From NCBI GenBank assembly GCA_944387285.1, contig CALXEH010000001.1:9880-73879 (forward strand): 64,000 nucleotides of DNA. The letters are read 5' to 3'. The position numbers and the translations under genes are program-made. Source of the DNA: an uncultured Oscillospiraceae bacterium. Its GTDB lineage: Bacteria; Bacillota; Clostridia; Oscillospirales; Oscillospiraceae. Positions 55,270 to 64,000 of the stretch are shown here, in pieces. Each line of letters opens with the position of its first letter. Positions within the stretch are counted from its first letter, which is position 1. Below the pieces are notes generated by a model. That model worked only from the letters and a program-made list of their open reading frames with translations, had not been told where the DNA came from and did no database searches.

Positions 55270-57126
55270 TTAGAGTTTTTTTGTGTACCGGCGGGTGGTG
55301 ATGCTGTGGCCGTCTATTTGGTTTTGAACTTTGTCGCGCAGAGTGAAGCCGTTGTGCTCCATGACCTTGGCGGAGGCCGCGTTGTCGTCATCGCAGGTGA
55401 TAAGGATCTCGGACAGGCCCAGGGCCTTGGCCTTTTCCAGTGCCAGCCCCAGCATGAGGCTGCCGCAGCCCTTGTTCCACTCGCTTGGGCGGACGGCATA
55501 GCCGATATGGCCGCCGTAGCGCTCCAGCGCCTCGGTCAGGCTGTGACGGATGCCGATCTCGCCTATGAAGCGGCGCTTGTCCACATCGACCAGCCAGTAG
55601 TAGTCCGCAGCTACCCAGCCCGGCGGCAGGCCGCGCCCCTGTCTCAGGTCGTCGTATCGCCTTAGCAGTTCGTCCGCCGGGGCGCCGCTGAAGCCCTCGG
55701 CCGTCATGCCATGCTCGAGCGCCTCCCCGCGCGCCTCAAGGTAAGACGCCAAATACTCCCCGCAAGGCTCCAAAAGCACCAAGCTCCGCCGCTCCAGCAG
55801 CACCACCGTCTCCACATGTGCGGTTCTGGGGAACATGTCTACGGCGGCGGCTTTTTGGGGCTTGTAGTTTAGTTCTTTCAGGAGTTTCAGGTCGCGGGCC
55901 AGGGTCGCGGGGTCGCAGGAGACGTAGACCAGGCGCTTTGCGCCCATTGCGGCTATCTGTTCCAGCGCCTCGGCGCTCATGCCCTTGCGCGGCGGGTCTG
56001 CCACCACCGCGTCCGGCACTATGCCGCGCCCGCTCAGGCGCTTCGCCGCCTCGCCCGCGTCCGCACACATGAACTCCACATTCCCCGCGCAGTTCCTCTC
56101 GGCGTTCGAGCGCGCGTTCTCCACCGCCTCCGGCACCAGCTCCGCGCCTATCACCCGAGCCGCGCGGCGCGCCAGCGCCAGGCTTATCGTTCCCGCGCCG
56201 CAGTACATGTCCAGCACCGTGCCGCCCCGTTCCGGCAACGCGTACTCCACCGCCAGCTCGTACAGGCGCTCCGCCTGCGGCGGGTTTATCTGGTAAAACG
56301 CCTGCGGGCTCAGCTCGAACTCATTGCCGCACAGCCGGTCGGTCAACGTGCCCGCGCCCCAGAGCGTGCGGAACTCGCCCGCCAGCACCGTGTTCCCGCT
56401 CGTGCGGTTCAGGCACTCCACCACGCCCTTCAGGCCCGGGCAGGCCGCCCGCAGCGCGCTCACAAGCCGCTCCGACTGCGCAGGCCCAAAGCGCCTTGCC
56501 GTCACCACGCAGCAGAGCGCGGAGCCGTCCCGCGCCCGGCGCGTATACACATGCCGCACACCGCGCTCGCCCGCTTCCAGGCCCTCGCGACGCATCCAGG
56601 CCGACACCGCCGCGGCGCAGGCCTCGGCCTCCGGCGATTGAAGCAGGCAGCGCTCCGCCGGTATGACCTCGTGGCTGCCGCTGCGGTAAAAGCCCGCGTA
56701 CGCGCCCTCCGGGCCCTCGCCCAGCGCGTAGATGGCCTTGTTGCGGTAGCCCTCGACGCGCTCCGAGCCCAATATCCGCTCCGCGCGCAGTTCCAGGCCG
56801 CCGATGCGCCGGAACGCCTCGTTCACGCGCTCGAGCTTGTACCTCAGCTCCGCCTCATATTCGAGGTGCAGGAAGTCGCAGCCGCCGCAGCGCCCGAAAT
56901 TCGGGCAGGCGGGCTCGATGCGCTCGGGCGAGGCGGAAAGCAGCTCCTCTCCCCTGCCGTACACCGCCGTGGACGTGACCTTCACCACCCGCACGCGCCA
57001 GCGCTCGCCGGGCAGCGCACGCGGCAGGAACACCGCGCGGCCGCCTATGCGGCACACGCCCCGGCCCTCCGAGGTCAGGCCCGTGACCTCGGCCTCGTAT
57101 ATCCCGTTTTTCTTCAAATCTTCCAT
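55270..57126 (-). CDS. 23S rRNA (uracil-5)-methyltransferase RumA/RlmD-type (TRAM + Fe-S + SAM MTase) fused in frame to a C-terminal GNAT acetyltransferase domain
   Basis: 618 aa from the ATG at 57126. It has a TRAM domain (YEAEVTGLTSEGRGVCRIGG), Cys cluster CPNFGRCGGCDFLH, MTase motifs DMYCGAGT and VYVSCDPATLARD, and the usual end AHVETVVLLER. It then continues without a stop into ~172 aa of GNAT-like sequence (HIGYAVRPSEWNKGCGSLML...MEHNGF). Confidence 0.8.
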   Translation of the reverse strand: MEDLKKNGIYEAEVTGLTSEGRGVCRIGGRAVFLPRALPGERWRVRVVKVTSTAVYGRGEELLSASPERIEPACPNFGRCGGCDFLHLEYEAELRYKLERVNEAFRRIGGLELRAERILGSERVEGYRNKAIYALGEGPEGAYAGFYRSGSHEVIPAERCLLQSPEAEACAAAVSAWMRREGLEAGERGVRHVYTRRARDGSALCCVVTARRFGPAQSERLVSALRAACPGLKGVVECLNRTSGNTVLAGEFRTLWGAGTLTDRLCGNEFELSPQAFYQINPPQAERLYELAVEYALPERGGTVLDMYCGAGTISLALARRAARVIGAELVPEAVENARSNAERNCAGNVEFMCADAGEAAKRLSGRGIVPDAVVADPPRKGMSAEALEQIAAMGAKRLVYVSCDPATLARDLKLLKELNYKPQKAAAVDMFPRTAHVETVVLLERRSLVLLEPCGEYLASYLEARGEALEHGMTAEGFSGAPADELLRRYDDLRQGRGLPPGWVAADYYWLVDVDKRRFIGEIGIRHSLTEALERYGGHIGYAVRPSEWNKGCGSLMLGLALEKAKALGLSEILITCDDDNAASAKVMEHNGFTLRDKVQNQIDGHSITTRRYTKKL

Positions 57127-57244
57127 ACCTGCATTGTACCACCAGCCGGGCCAGCCTTCAACAGTTGAAATTAATTGCAATTTCAGCCTGCTTATGCTAT
57201 CATATTTAGTTGATAACGCGCCAGGCGGCGCATGGAGGTCTGAT

Positions 57245-58570
57245 ATGAACAAAAAATTTAAATTGGCCCTCATCATCATTGCCCTGACAGTCGTGCTGGT
57301 AGTGGCGGCGGTGCTCATCGCCTCGCTCATCAAGCGCGACGAGCCCGCGCAGCAGACCGCCCTGCCCACTGCCGGCGTCAGCGGCCTGGTCACCGACGCA
57401 CCCGACGAGACTGCGGAACCTTCGCCCGAGCATGTCAACACCGTGACCGGCACGCTCGCCGTCGGCGGCGACATCGTCATGCACACGGGCCTCAACGGCG
57501 AGGCGATGACTGACACGGGTTACGATTATGTGCCCATCTTCGGCATACTCAGGGACTTCATCGCGGGCGCGGACTACTCCGTCTGCTCGCTCGTGACCAC
57601 GCTCGGCAGCGGCAGCTACACGGCCTATCCCCTGTTCAAGTCGCCGGTCGATCTGGCCTACTCCATAGCCGACGTCGGCTTCAACCTGGTGAACACGGCC
57701 ACGAGCCACTGTGTGGACTCCTTCAAGGACGGCATCGACCTCACGCTCGACGTGCTGGACGAGGCCGGGCTCTCGCACGTCGGCACCTACAGGACGCAGG
57801 AGGAGCGCGTAAACAGCGGCAACCGCTTCACGGCGGACGTCGGCGGCGTGAACGTGGCCTTCCTCAGCTACACCTGCGACACGAACGCCATACCCGTCGC
57901 GGGCTTTGAGTACGCCGTCAGCATCTGCACGACGGATTACCTCAGCGGCGGCACGGAGATAGACTACGACCTCATCGAGGACGACCTCGCCGCGGCGAAG
58001 GAGTCCGGGGCGGACATCGTCTTCGTCTTCATGTCCTGGGGCACGGAGTTCGCCACGGAGCCGAGCGAGCAGCAGTACGAGCTGGCCGACTTCCTCTTCG
58101 AGCACGGGGCGGACATCATCGTCGGCGGGCACTGCCGCGTGCCGCAGCCCATGGAACTGCGCACCGTCACGGACGCGGAGGGCAACGAGCGCACGGGCTT
58201 CATCTGCTACAGCCTCGGCAACATGCTCTCCTGCCAGAACGACCAGTACACCGACATCTCGGCGCTGGTGAACATTGAGCTCACCAAGGACACCGACACC
58301 GGCGAGGCCTGGATCTCCGACGTGAGCTACAAGCCCATCTACATGGCCGACCTCTACGACTACGGCATCAACGACTACGGCTGGCACTACCGCATGGTGG
58401 ACCTGCACGCGGCCATCGACTCCTACGACTCCGGCTCGCCCTGGGAATTCATCACGGACGAGGTCTACCGCGACATGGCCGCCGCGCTGGACGCCGTGCA
58501 CGAATACTTCGGCGCCGAGCTCGACTCCGCCGTAAAGGCCGAAGCCGCCGCAGAAACAGCGGGCCAATAA
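57245..58570 (+). CDS. CapA-family (PGA_cap) membrane-anchored metallophosphoesterase-like protein
   Basis: 441 aa from the ATG at 57245 with an N-terminal TM anchor. Matching blocks: LAVGGDIVMH, NLVNTATSHCVD, VFMSWGTEF, IIVGGH. The longer ORF-track start overlaps the divergent gene. Confidence 0.8.
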   Translation: MNKKFKLALIIIALTVVLVVAAVLIASLIKRDEPAQQTALPTAGVSGLVTDAPDETAEPSPEHVNTVTGTLAVGGDIVMHTGLNGEAMTDTGYDYVPIFGILRDFIAGADYSVCSLVTTLGSGSYTAYPLFKSPVDLAYSIADVGFNLVNTATSHCVDSFKDGIDLTLDVLDEAGLSHVGTYRTQEERVNSGNRFTADVGGVNVAFLSYTCDTNAIPVAGFEYAVSICTTDYLSGGTEIDYDLIEDDLAAAKESGADIVFVFMSWGTEFATEPSEQQYELADFLFEHGADIIVGGHCRVPQPMELRTVTDAEGNERTGFICYSLGNMLSCQNDQYTDISALVNIELTKDTDTGEAWISDVSYKPIYMADLYDYGINDYGWHYRMVDLHAAIDSYDSGSPWEFITDEVYRDMAAALDAVHEYFGAELDSAVKAEAAAETAGQ

Positions 58571-58581
58571 GCGTCTTCATC

Positions 58582-58611
58582 AAAAAAGCCGCCCTCCGGG
58601 GCGGCTTTTTT
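58582..58611. terminator. Bidirectional rho-independent terminator
   Basis: AAAAAA-GCCGCCC-TCCG-GGGCGGC-TTTTTT, between convergent capA and the arsC-family gene. Confidence 0.85.
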
Positions 58612-58617
58612 GATTCT

Positions 58618-58950
58618 TTATTCCCAGGTCTTCCAGACCTCGGGGCAGTAGCCTACGGTGGCCTGGCGGCCGTTTCGCACTACCGGGGTGCGGATGTTGT
58701 CCGGGTATTCGAGCAGGCGCTCTATGCGCGCGGCGTCGTTTGCCATGTACATTATGAGGTCATGATCCGGCGCCTTCGGGTCGATGAGCGCCTCGAGGCC
58801 CACGGCGGCGCGCACGGACTCGAGCTCCTTTTTGCTCATGCCGTAGCGCGGCAGGTCTATGAGCTGGTATTTTATCCGCCTCTCCTTGAAATAGCGCTCC
58901 GCCTTCTTCGTGTCGAAGCACTTATTGCGTCCGAAGATCTGTATATTCAT
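58618..58950 (-). CDS. ArsC/Spx/YffB-family thioredoxin-fold protein
   Basis: 110 aa from the ATG at 58950 (ATGA overlap). MNIQIFGRNKCFDTKKAERYFKERRIKY matches the family N-terminus with a single Cys. The long ORF-track extension to 59469 overlaps the dipeptidase gene. Confidence 0.75.
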   Translation of the reverse strand: MNIQIFGRNKCFDTKKAERYFKERRIKYQLIDLPRYGMSKKELESVRAAVGLEALIDPKAPDHDLIMYMANDAARIERLLEYPDNIRTPVVRNGRQATVGYCPEVWKTWE

Positions 58951-59849
58951 CCCGATGCACGCTCCAATATGTCCGCAAGGTTGTTCCAGAATATGTCCCG
59001 CACGAGGCTTTCGGGGTGGTTGCGGCGCAGCAGCGCCTCGTAGATGAGGCCGACGTCCTCCACGCCGCGCATGCCGCGGGGCAGGTCGTCGATGCCGTCG
59101 AGGTCGGCGCCGAGGAAGACGGCCCGCTCGCCGCCCAGGGCCAGGAAGTGCTCGATATGTGCGCAGGCGGCGTCCACGTCCCGCGTGAGGCCGAGGAAGT
59201 CCGGGCAGAGGTTTATGCCCGCGCCGCCGCCCTGCTTTGCCAGGGCCGTGAACTGCTCGTCCGTGAGGTTGCGCGGGTAGTCCGAGCAGAGCGCCGCCGC
59301 GTCCGAGTGGCTGGCGAGCACGGGCCGGGCGCTCAGCTCGAGCGTGTCCCAGAACGCGCGCTCCGAGGCGTGGCTGAGGTCCACGGCGACGCCCATGGCC
59401 TGCGCCGACCTCACAAACCCGCGCCCGGCCGCCGTCAGCCCGCCGCCGCCGTCCATCGCCGAGCCGCACAGCGCGTTGTCCGAGTTCCAGCAGAGATTCG
59501 CCATGATGAGCCCGTCCTCATCCCGCGCCCTTTGCAGCCGCGCGAGGTCGCAGCCGAGCTGCTCCATGCCCTCGAGGGACAGCAGCGCGGCTATCCTGCC
59601 CTGCGCCGCGGTTTCCCTGGCTTCGGCGATGCTCCGGCAGAGACGCCCGAGGCCGCTGCCTTCGAGCTCCGCCCTCAGCAGCGCGGCCTTTTCCTCGTAC
59701 CGCCCGCCCCAGACGGCGAAGACCTGCGCCGCGGGCGCGTATTTCGACAGGCGCTCGAGGTCGAGCTGATAGTCGTTCCGCAAAAGCGAGCCGCCGCGCT
59801 CGAGCACGGCGGTTATGGTGTCGCAATGGGCGTCGAAGCAGGGTATCAT
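58947..59849 (-). CDS. Membrane (renal-type) dipeptidase, peptidase family M19
   Basis: 300 aa with MIPCFDAHCDT, LEGMEQL, VDLSHASE and GADLDG motifs. Confidence 0.8.
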   Translation of the reverse strand: MIPCFDAHCDTITAVLERGGSLLRNDYQLDLERLSKYAPAAQVFAVWGGRYEEKAALLRAELEGSGLGRLCRSIAEARETAAQGRIAALLSLEGMEQLGCDLARLQRARDEDGLIMANLCWNSDNALCGSAMDGGGGLTAAGRGFVRSAQAMGVAVDLSHASERAFWDTLELSARPVLASHSDAAALCSDYPRNLTDEQFTALAKQGGGAGINLCPDFLGLTRDVDAACAHIEHFLALGGERAVFLGADLDGIDDLPRGMRGVEDVGLIYEALLRRNHPESLVRDIFWNNLADILERASG

Positions 59850-61030
59850 ATGAGCCCTCTCTTTTTGGCCGCGGCCTCGAGCCGCTCCAGGCCCGCCTCC
59901 ACATAGCGCCGCGGGCAGGCGAGATTGACCCTGTGGAACAGCTCGAAGCCCTCGCCGAACACGGCGCCGCTCTCGGAATAGAACTTAGCGTTCCCGTGCA
60001 GGAAGCTGTCCAGCCCTTCCCTGTCCAGGCCGGTATCGCGGCAGTCCATCCACGCGAGGTATGTTCCGTCCGGCATATGGCAGCGCAGGACGGGTATGCG
60101 CTCGCGCAGGTAGTCCGTGAACAGGCGGCAGTTGCCCTCGAGCACCTTGAGGCACTCGTCCAGCCAGGGCTCGCCGTTTTTGTACGCGGCATCGCAGGCG
60201 GCGTAGCCGAAGGCGTTGAAGTAGCCGCCCATGTCCCGGGAAATGGCCGCGCGGACGCGCTCGCGCAGCGCCGGGTCGGGCGTGAGCACGTTTGAAATGG
60301 TCATTCCCGCGATGTTGAAGGTCTTGCTCGGCGCGGTGAGCACCACGCTGTTTGCGGCGAAGTCCCCGGATATCGAGGCGAAGACCGTGTGGTCATGGCC
60401 CGGATAGGTGATGTCGAAGTGTATCTCGTCCGAGACGACGAGGACGCCGTGCTCGAGGCACATTTCGCCCGTGCGGCGCAGTTCCTCGCGCGTCCAGACG
60501 CGGCCCGTGGGGTTCTGCGGGCTGCACAGGATGAGGAGCTTGACGTTCTCGGAGACTATCTTGCGCTCCATGTCCTCGAAGTCCATCTCCCAGCCGCGCT
60601 CCGTCTCGACCAGGTCGCTGCGCACGAGGCGGCGGCCGTTCTGCTCAATGGCGCGGTAGAAGGGCGGGTAGCTCGGGAAATGCAGCAGCACGGCGTCGCC
60701 GGGCTCGGTCAGGGCGCGGATGCAGCAGCCCACGCCCAGCACCAGGCCGTAGGTCTGGTCCAGCCACTCCGTGTCGATATCCCAGCCGTGGCGGCGGGAC
60801 ATCCAGCTTTTTATCCCGGCCTTGAGGCTCTCCGGCGCGCCGGAGTAGCCGAAGGTGCCCTGACGGAGCTGGCGCTCTATGCCCGAGGCTATCTCGGGCG
60901 CGAGGGCGAATTTCATTTCCGCCACGCCGAAGTCGATGCAATCCGGCTCGGGCTCGCCGTACCTGCGCAGGCTGCGCCACATGGGCGCGTCCGCGCCGAA
61001 GGCCGGGTGCAGGCTCTCAAAATCGTGCAT
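59846..61030 (-). CDS. patB: PLP-dependent C-S beta-lyase (PatB/MalY family aminotransferase class I/II)
   Basis: 394 aa with FGVAEMKF, CSPQNPTGRVW and APSKTFNIAG (PLP Lys) motifs. Confidence 0.82.
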   Translation of the reverse strand: MHDFESLHPAFGADAPMWRSLRRYGEPEPDCIDFGVAEMKFALAPEIASGIERQLRQGTFGYSGAPESLKAGIKSWMSRRHGWDIDTEWLDQTYGLVLGVGCCIRALTEPGDAVLLHFPSYPPFYRAIEQNGRRLVRSDLVETERGWEMDFEDMERKIVSENVKLLILCSPQNPTGRVWTREELRRTGEMCLEHGVLVVSDEIHFDITYPGHDHTVFASISGDFAANSVVLTAPSKTFNIAGMTISNVLTPDPALRERVRAAISRDMGGYFNAFGYAACDAAYKNGEPWLDECLKVLEGNCRLFTDYLRERIPVLRCHMPDGTYLAWMDCRDTGLDREGLDSFLHGNAKFYSESGAVFGEGFELFHRVNLACPRRYVEAGLERLEAAAKKRGLI

Positions 61031-61042
61031 CTTCCGCCCTCC

Positions 61043-62698
61043 TTACAGCTCGGTTATGACGGGCAGTATCATCGGGCTGCGCTTCGTGGCCTTGTAGAGG
61101 TAGCCCGTGAGGTTCGTCCTGACCTTGTTCTTGATGCCGGCCCAGTCGTTTATGCGCTGGTGACGGCAGCTGGCCAGGCTCTCGTTTATGACGCGGCGCA
61201 TCTCGTCCATGAGGCTGTCGGATTCCTTCTCGTAGATGAAGCCGCGCGTGACGATCTCGGGCGGGGCCAGCAGCGAGGCGTCGTCGCCGGAGAGCGCGAG
61301 CACGACGACTATCATGCCGTCCTGGGCCAGGTGCTTCCTGTCGCGGAGCACCACGCTGCCCACGTCGCCCACGCCGGCGCCGTCCACGAACACGCGGCCG
61401 GCGGGCACGCTGTCCTCGGCCTTGACGCTCTTGCGGCCCAGCTCGATGACCCGGCCGTTTTCCGCTATGACGATGTTGTTCGGCGCGACGCCCATCATGC
61501 GGCCGAGCTCCGCGTGCTTGCACAGCATCCTGTACTCGCCGTGCACCGGGATGAAAAATTTCGGCTTCGTCAGGGCCAGCATCATCTTCTGCTCCTCCTG
61601 CGAGGCGTGGCCCGAGACGTGCAGGTCGGTGTGGCGGTCGTAGATGACCTCCGCGCCCTTGTGGAAAAGCTCGTCGATGACCTTGGATATGGTCGTCTCG
61701 TTGCCCGGGATGGCCGAGGCGGAGATGATTATCCTGTCGCCGGCGTCAATGTTTATCTGCTTGTGCTCCGAAAAGGCCATGCGGTACAGTGCGGACATGC
61801 TCTCGCCCTGGCTGCCGGTGGAGATTATCACCGTCCTGTCCTTGGGCTGGCCCTTTATCTGGCTGAGGTCGACCAGCACGCCCTCGGGTATGTCCATGTA
61901 CCCGAGCTCGATGGCGACCTTTATCATGTTCTCCATGCTGCGGCCCGCCACGGCGACCTTGCGCTTGTATTTGGCCGCGACGTTCACTATCTGCTGGATG
62001 CGCTGGACGTTCGAGGCGAAGGTCGTGACGATTATGCGCTTCTCACAGCCCTTGAACAGCTCGTCAAAGCGCTCCGCCACGCGGCTCTCGGACTCGGTAT
62101 GTCCCGGCTTCTCCGTATTCGTGGAGTCGGACAGCAGCGCGAGCACGCCCTGCTTGCCCAGCTGGCCCAGCCGCGCGAGGTCTATCATCTCGCCCTGGAT
62201 GGGCGTCACGTCTATCTTGAAGTCGCCCGTGTGGATGACCGTGCCTATCGGCGTCTTTATCGCCAGGGCCACGGAGTCCGCTATCGAGTGGTTGACGTGG
62301 ATGAATTCTATCTCAAAGCAGCCGAGCTTGAAGCGGTCGCCCGCCTTCTTCGTGAATATCTGCGTGTTGTACAGCAGGTCGAACTCCTCGAGCTTCAGCT
62401 CGATGATGCCCGCCGTGAGGCTGGTGGCGTAGATGGGCACGTCCAGCTCGCGCATGACGTAGGGCAGCGCGCCGATGTGGTCCTCGTGCCCGTGCGTTAT
62501 CACGATGCCGCGTATCTTCTCCTTGTTCTGGCGCAGGTAGCTGATGTCGGGTATGACGACATCAATGCCGTAGAGCTCTTCGTCCGGGAAACCCAGGCCG
62601 CAGTCCACGACGACAATGTCCTGCCCGTATTCGTACACGGTGAGGTTCTTGCCGATCTCACCGAGGCCGCCGAGCGGGATTATCTTCAATTTTGCCAT
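61043..62698 (-). CDS. rnj: Ribonuclease J
   Basis: 551 aa with KIIPLGGLGEIGKN and the metallo-beta-lactamase motif THGHEDHIG, plus beta-CASP and C-terminal domains. Confidence 0.93.
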   Translation of the reverse strand: MAKLKIIPLGGLGEIGKNLTVYEYGQDIVVVDCGLGFPDEELYGIDVVIPDISYLRQNKEKIRGIVITHGHEDHIGALPYVMRELDVPIYATSLTAGIIELKLEEFDLLYNTQIFTKKAGDRFKLGCFEIEFIHVNHSIADSVALAIKTPIGTVIHTGDFKIDVTPIQGEMIDLARLGQLGKQGVLALLSDSTNTEKPGHTESESRVAERFDELFKGCEKRIIVTTFASNVQRIQQIVNVAAKYKRKVAVAGRSMENMIKVAIELGYMDIPEGVLVDLSQIKGQPKDRTVIISTGSQGESMSALYRMAFSEHKQINIDAGDRIIISASAIPGNETTISKVIDELFHKGAEVIYDRHTDLHVSGHASQEEQKMMLALTKPKFFIPVHGEYRMLCKHAELGRMMGVAPNNIVIAENGRVIELGRKSVKAEDSVPAGRVFVDGAGVGDVGSVVLRDRKHLAQDGMIVVVLALSGDDASLLAPPEIVTRGFIYEKESDSLMDEMRRVINESLASCRHQRINDWAGIKNKVRTNLTGYLYKATKRSPMILPVITEL

Positions 62699-62775
62699 AT
62701 TATACTCCTTATATTATATTGTCTTATGTACAACGGCTACACAGCATTGTAACCGCTAAGGCCGGATTTATTCGC

Positions 62776-63375
62776 CTACATCTCCACGCGGCCCTCGAGG
62801 GCGCGGGTGAGCGTGGCGTCGTCGGCGAACTCGAGGTTCGAGCCGACGGGTATGCCGTAGGCCAGGCGCGTGACCCTGACGCCGAAGGGCTTGAGCAGGC
62901 GCGAGATGTACATCGCCGTCGTCTCGCCCTCTGTGTCCGGGTTGAGGGCCATGATGACCTCCTCCACCCCGCCGGCGGCGACGCGGCTGACCAGGCCGGC
63001 GATCTTGAGGTCGTCCGGCCCGATGTGGCTCATGGGCGAGAGCACGCCGTGCAGGACGTGGTACAGCCCGTTATATTCCCTGCCCCGCTCGAAACTCAGC
63101 ACGTCGCGCGGCTCCGCCACGACGCATATGGTGCTGCGGTCGCGCTTTTCGGAGGCGCAGATCGGGCAGACCTCCGCATCCGTCAGGTTCTGGCACACCG
63201 TGCAGCATTTCACGGAGCGCTTCGCCTCGCTTATCGCCTGCGCAAAGGCCTCCGCCTCCGCGTCGGGCAGCGACAGCGTGAAAAACGCCAGGCGCTGCGC
63301 GCTCTTCTTGCCGATGCCGGGCAGCATCGCAAATTTGTCTATCAGGTTTTCCAGCGCCGCAGGGAAAAAGGACAT
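62776..63375 (-). CDS. recR: Recombination protein RecR
   Basis: 199 aa with LPGIGKKSAQRLAF, Zn finger CTVCQNLTDAEVCPIC, and Toprim. Confidence 0.93.
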   Translation of the reverse strand: MSFFPAALENLIDKFAMLPGIGKKSAQRLAFFTLSLPDAEAEAFAQAISEAKRSVKCCTVCQNLTDAEVCPICASEKRDRSTICVVAEPRDVLSFERGREYNGLYHVLHGVLSPMSHIGPDDLKIAGLVSRVAAGGVEEVIMALNPDTEGETTAMYISRLLKPFGVRVTRLAYGIPVGSNLEFADDATLTRALEGRVEM

Positions 63376-63398
63376 AAAACTCTACCTCTGACTCTGAC

Positions 63399-64000
63399 TT
63401 ACGGCTTTATCGCAGCCGCCATGCGTATATCTTCGATGGCCTTGGCCCTGTCCGGCCTGCCGAACACGGCGCTGCCGGCGACCAGCACGTTCGCGCCCGC
63501 ATCTACCACCAGCGGCGCGGTCTTGTCGTCTATGCCGCCGTCCACCTCCAGCTCGCAGGAGGGCTTGTACTCGTTTATGAGCGCCCTGATGCCGCGTATC
63601 TTGGGCAGCATGTCCGCCATGAAGCTCTGCCCGCCGAAACCGGGCTCCACCGTCATGACCAGCACCATGTCGAGCCGGTCGAGGTACGGCAGTATCACCG
63701 AACCCGGCGTCTTCGGCTTCACCGACAGGGCGGTCTTCTTCCCCTTCGCCTTTATCTCGTCCAGCGCCGCAAGTATGTCCTGCGGCTCGTCCGCCTCCAC
63801 ATGGAAGCACACCAGGTCCGCGCCCGCGTCGCAGAACTTGCCAACATAGCGGTGCGGCCGGTCTATCATCAGATGCACGTCCAGGAACATGTCCGTCGCC
63901 TTCCTGAGCGACTTCACCACGGGTATGCCTATAGAAATGTTGGGCACGAACAGCCCGTCCATGACGTCAACATGGACATAGTCCGCGCCGCCGGCCCTTA
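63399..64000 (-). CDS. rpe: Ribulose-phosphate 3-epimerase (5' end outside window)
   Basis: HVDVMDGLFVPNISIG, VHLM, MTVEPGFGGQ and VDGGI motifs. The frame stays open to the window edge. Confidence 0.88.
   Translation of the reverse strand, partial: RAGGADYVHVDVMDGLFVPNISIGIPVVKSLRKATDMFLDVHLMIDRPHRYVGKFCDAGADLVCFHVEADEPQDILAALDEIKAKGKKTALSVKPKTPGSVILPYLDRLDMVLVMTVEPGFGGQSFMADMLPKIRGIRALINEYKPSCELEVDGGIDDKTAPLVVDAGANVLVAGSAVFGRPDRAKAIEDIRMAAAIKP

Noticed and set aside
57127-57516. N-terminal 130-codon extension of the methyltransferase ORF, and the similar 5' extensions 56804-57244 of capA and 58951-59469 of the arsC-family ORF
   Set aside because: The extensions overlap neighbouring real genes or promoters, have no family similarity, and good internal ATG/RBS starts coincide with the homologous N-termini.
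60389-62752. 787-aa plus-strand ORF
   Set aside because: It lies antisense to patB and RNase J, with no recognisable motifs.

Overview
High-GC (hand counts of 60-73% GC per 60-nt line) chromosomal segment of a spore-forming Firmicute, probably a Clostridia/Oscillospiraceae-like organism. That placement is inferred from spoIVA, spoIIM, a SigH-like sigma factor and LL-DAP aminotransferase. I support about 63 protein-coding features and found no rRNA, tRNA, CRISPR array or recognisable transposase/phage gene. Content in order:
- A compact vanG-type D-Ala-D-Ser vancomycin-resistance cluster: vanS (partial), vanG, vanXY, vanT.
- spoIVA and a cell-wall precursor block: GlmU-C-like LbH protein, glmM, nagB, dapL, dapF.
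- An 899-aa multi-domain Fe-S flavoprotein divergent from an orphan hypA.
- A PF04392/COG2984-type ABC importer with a long leader.
- An 11-gene LacI-linked sugar operon that joins a ribose-type importer plus rbsD/rbsK to a fucose-isomerase-like gene, a split transketolase and an FGGY kinase.
- Housekeeping genes: ftsH, a TetR regulator, a two-component pair, nif3/trmK, a sigma factor, ruvCAB, xerD, spoIIM, yajC, tgt, rqcH, mrnC, ftsK and uppP.
- A roughly 3.7-kb lower-GC islet with one intact TetR gene and three gene remnants.
- A RumA-type methyltransferase fused in frame to a GNAT domain, then capA.
- An rnj-patB-M19 dipeptidase-ArsC-family operon, then recR and rpe (partial).
Most noteworthy is a 47-codon leader ORF with 10 Phe/Tyr codons in a 15-codon run. 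It is followed by a strong intrinsic terminator just upstream of the ABC importer, making it a candidate aromatic-amino-acid attenuator. Other points of interest are the hybrid sugar operon, the decaying low-GC islet, a five-hairpin array between convergent operons, REP-like GTAGGGGCGGGG elements, and a thiol-conjugate-type operon. No defence or toxin system is evident. All calls rest on reading the sequence and recalled family motifs; no searches were run.
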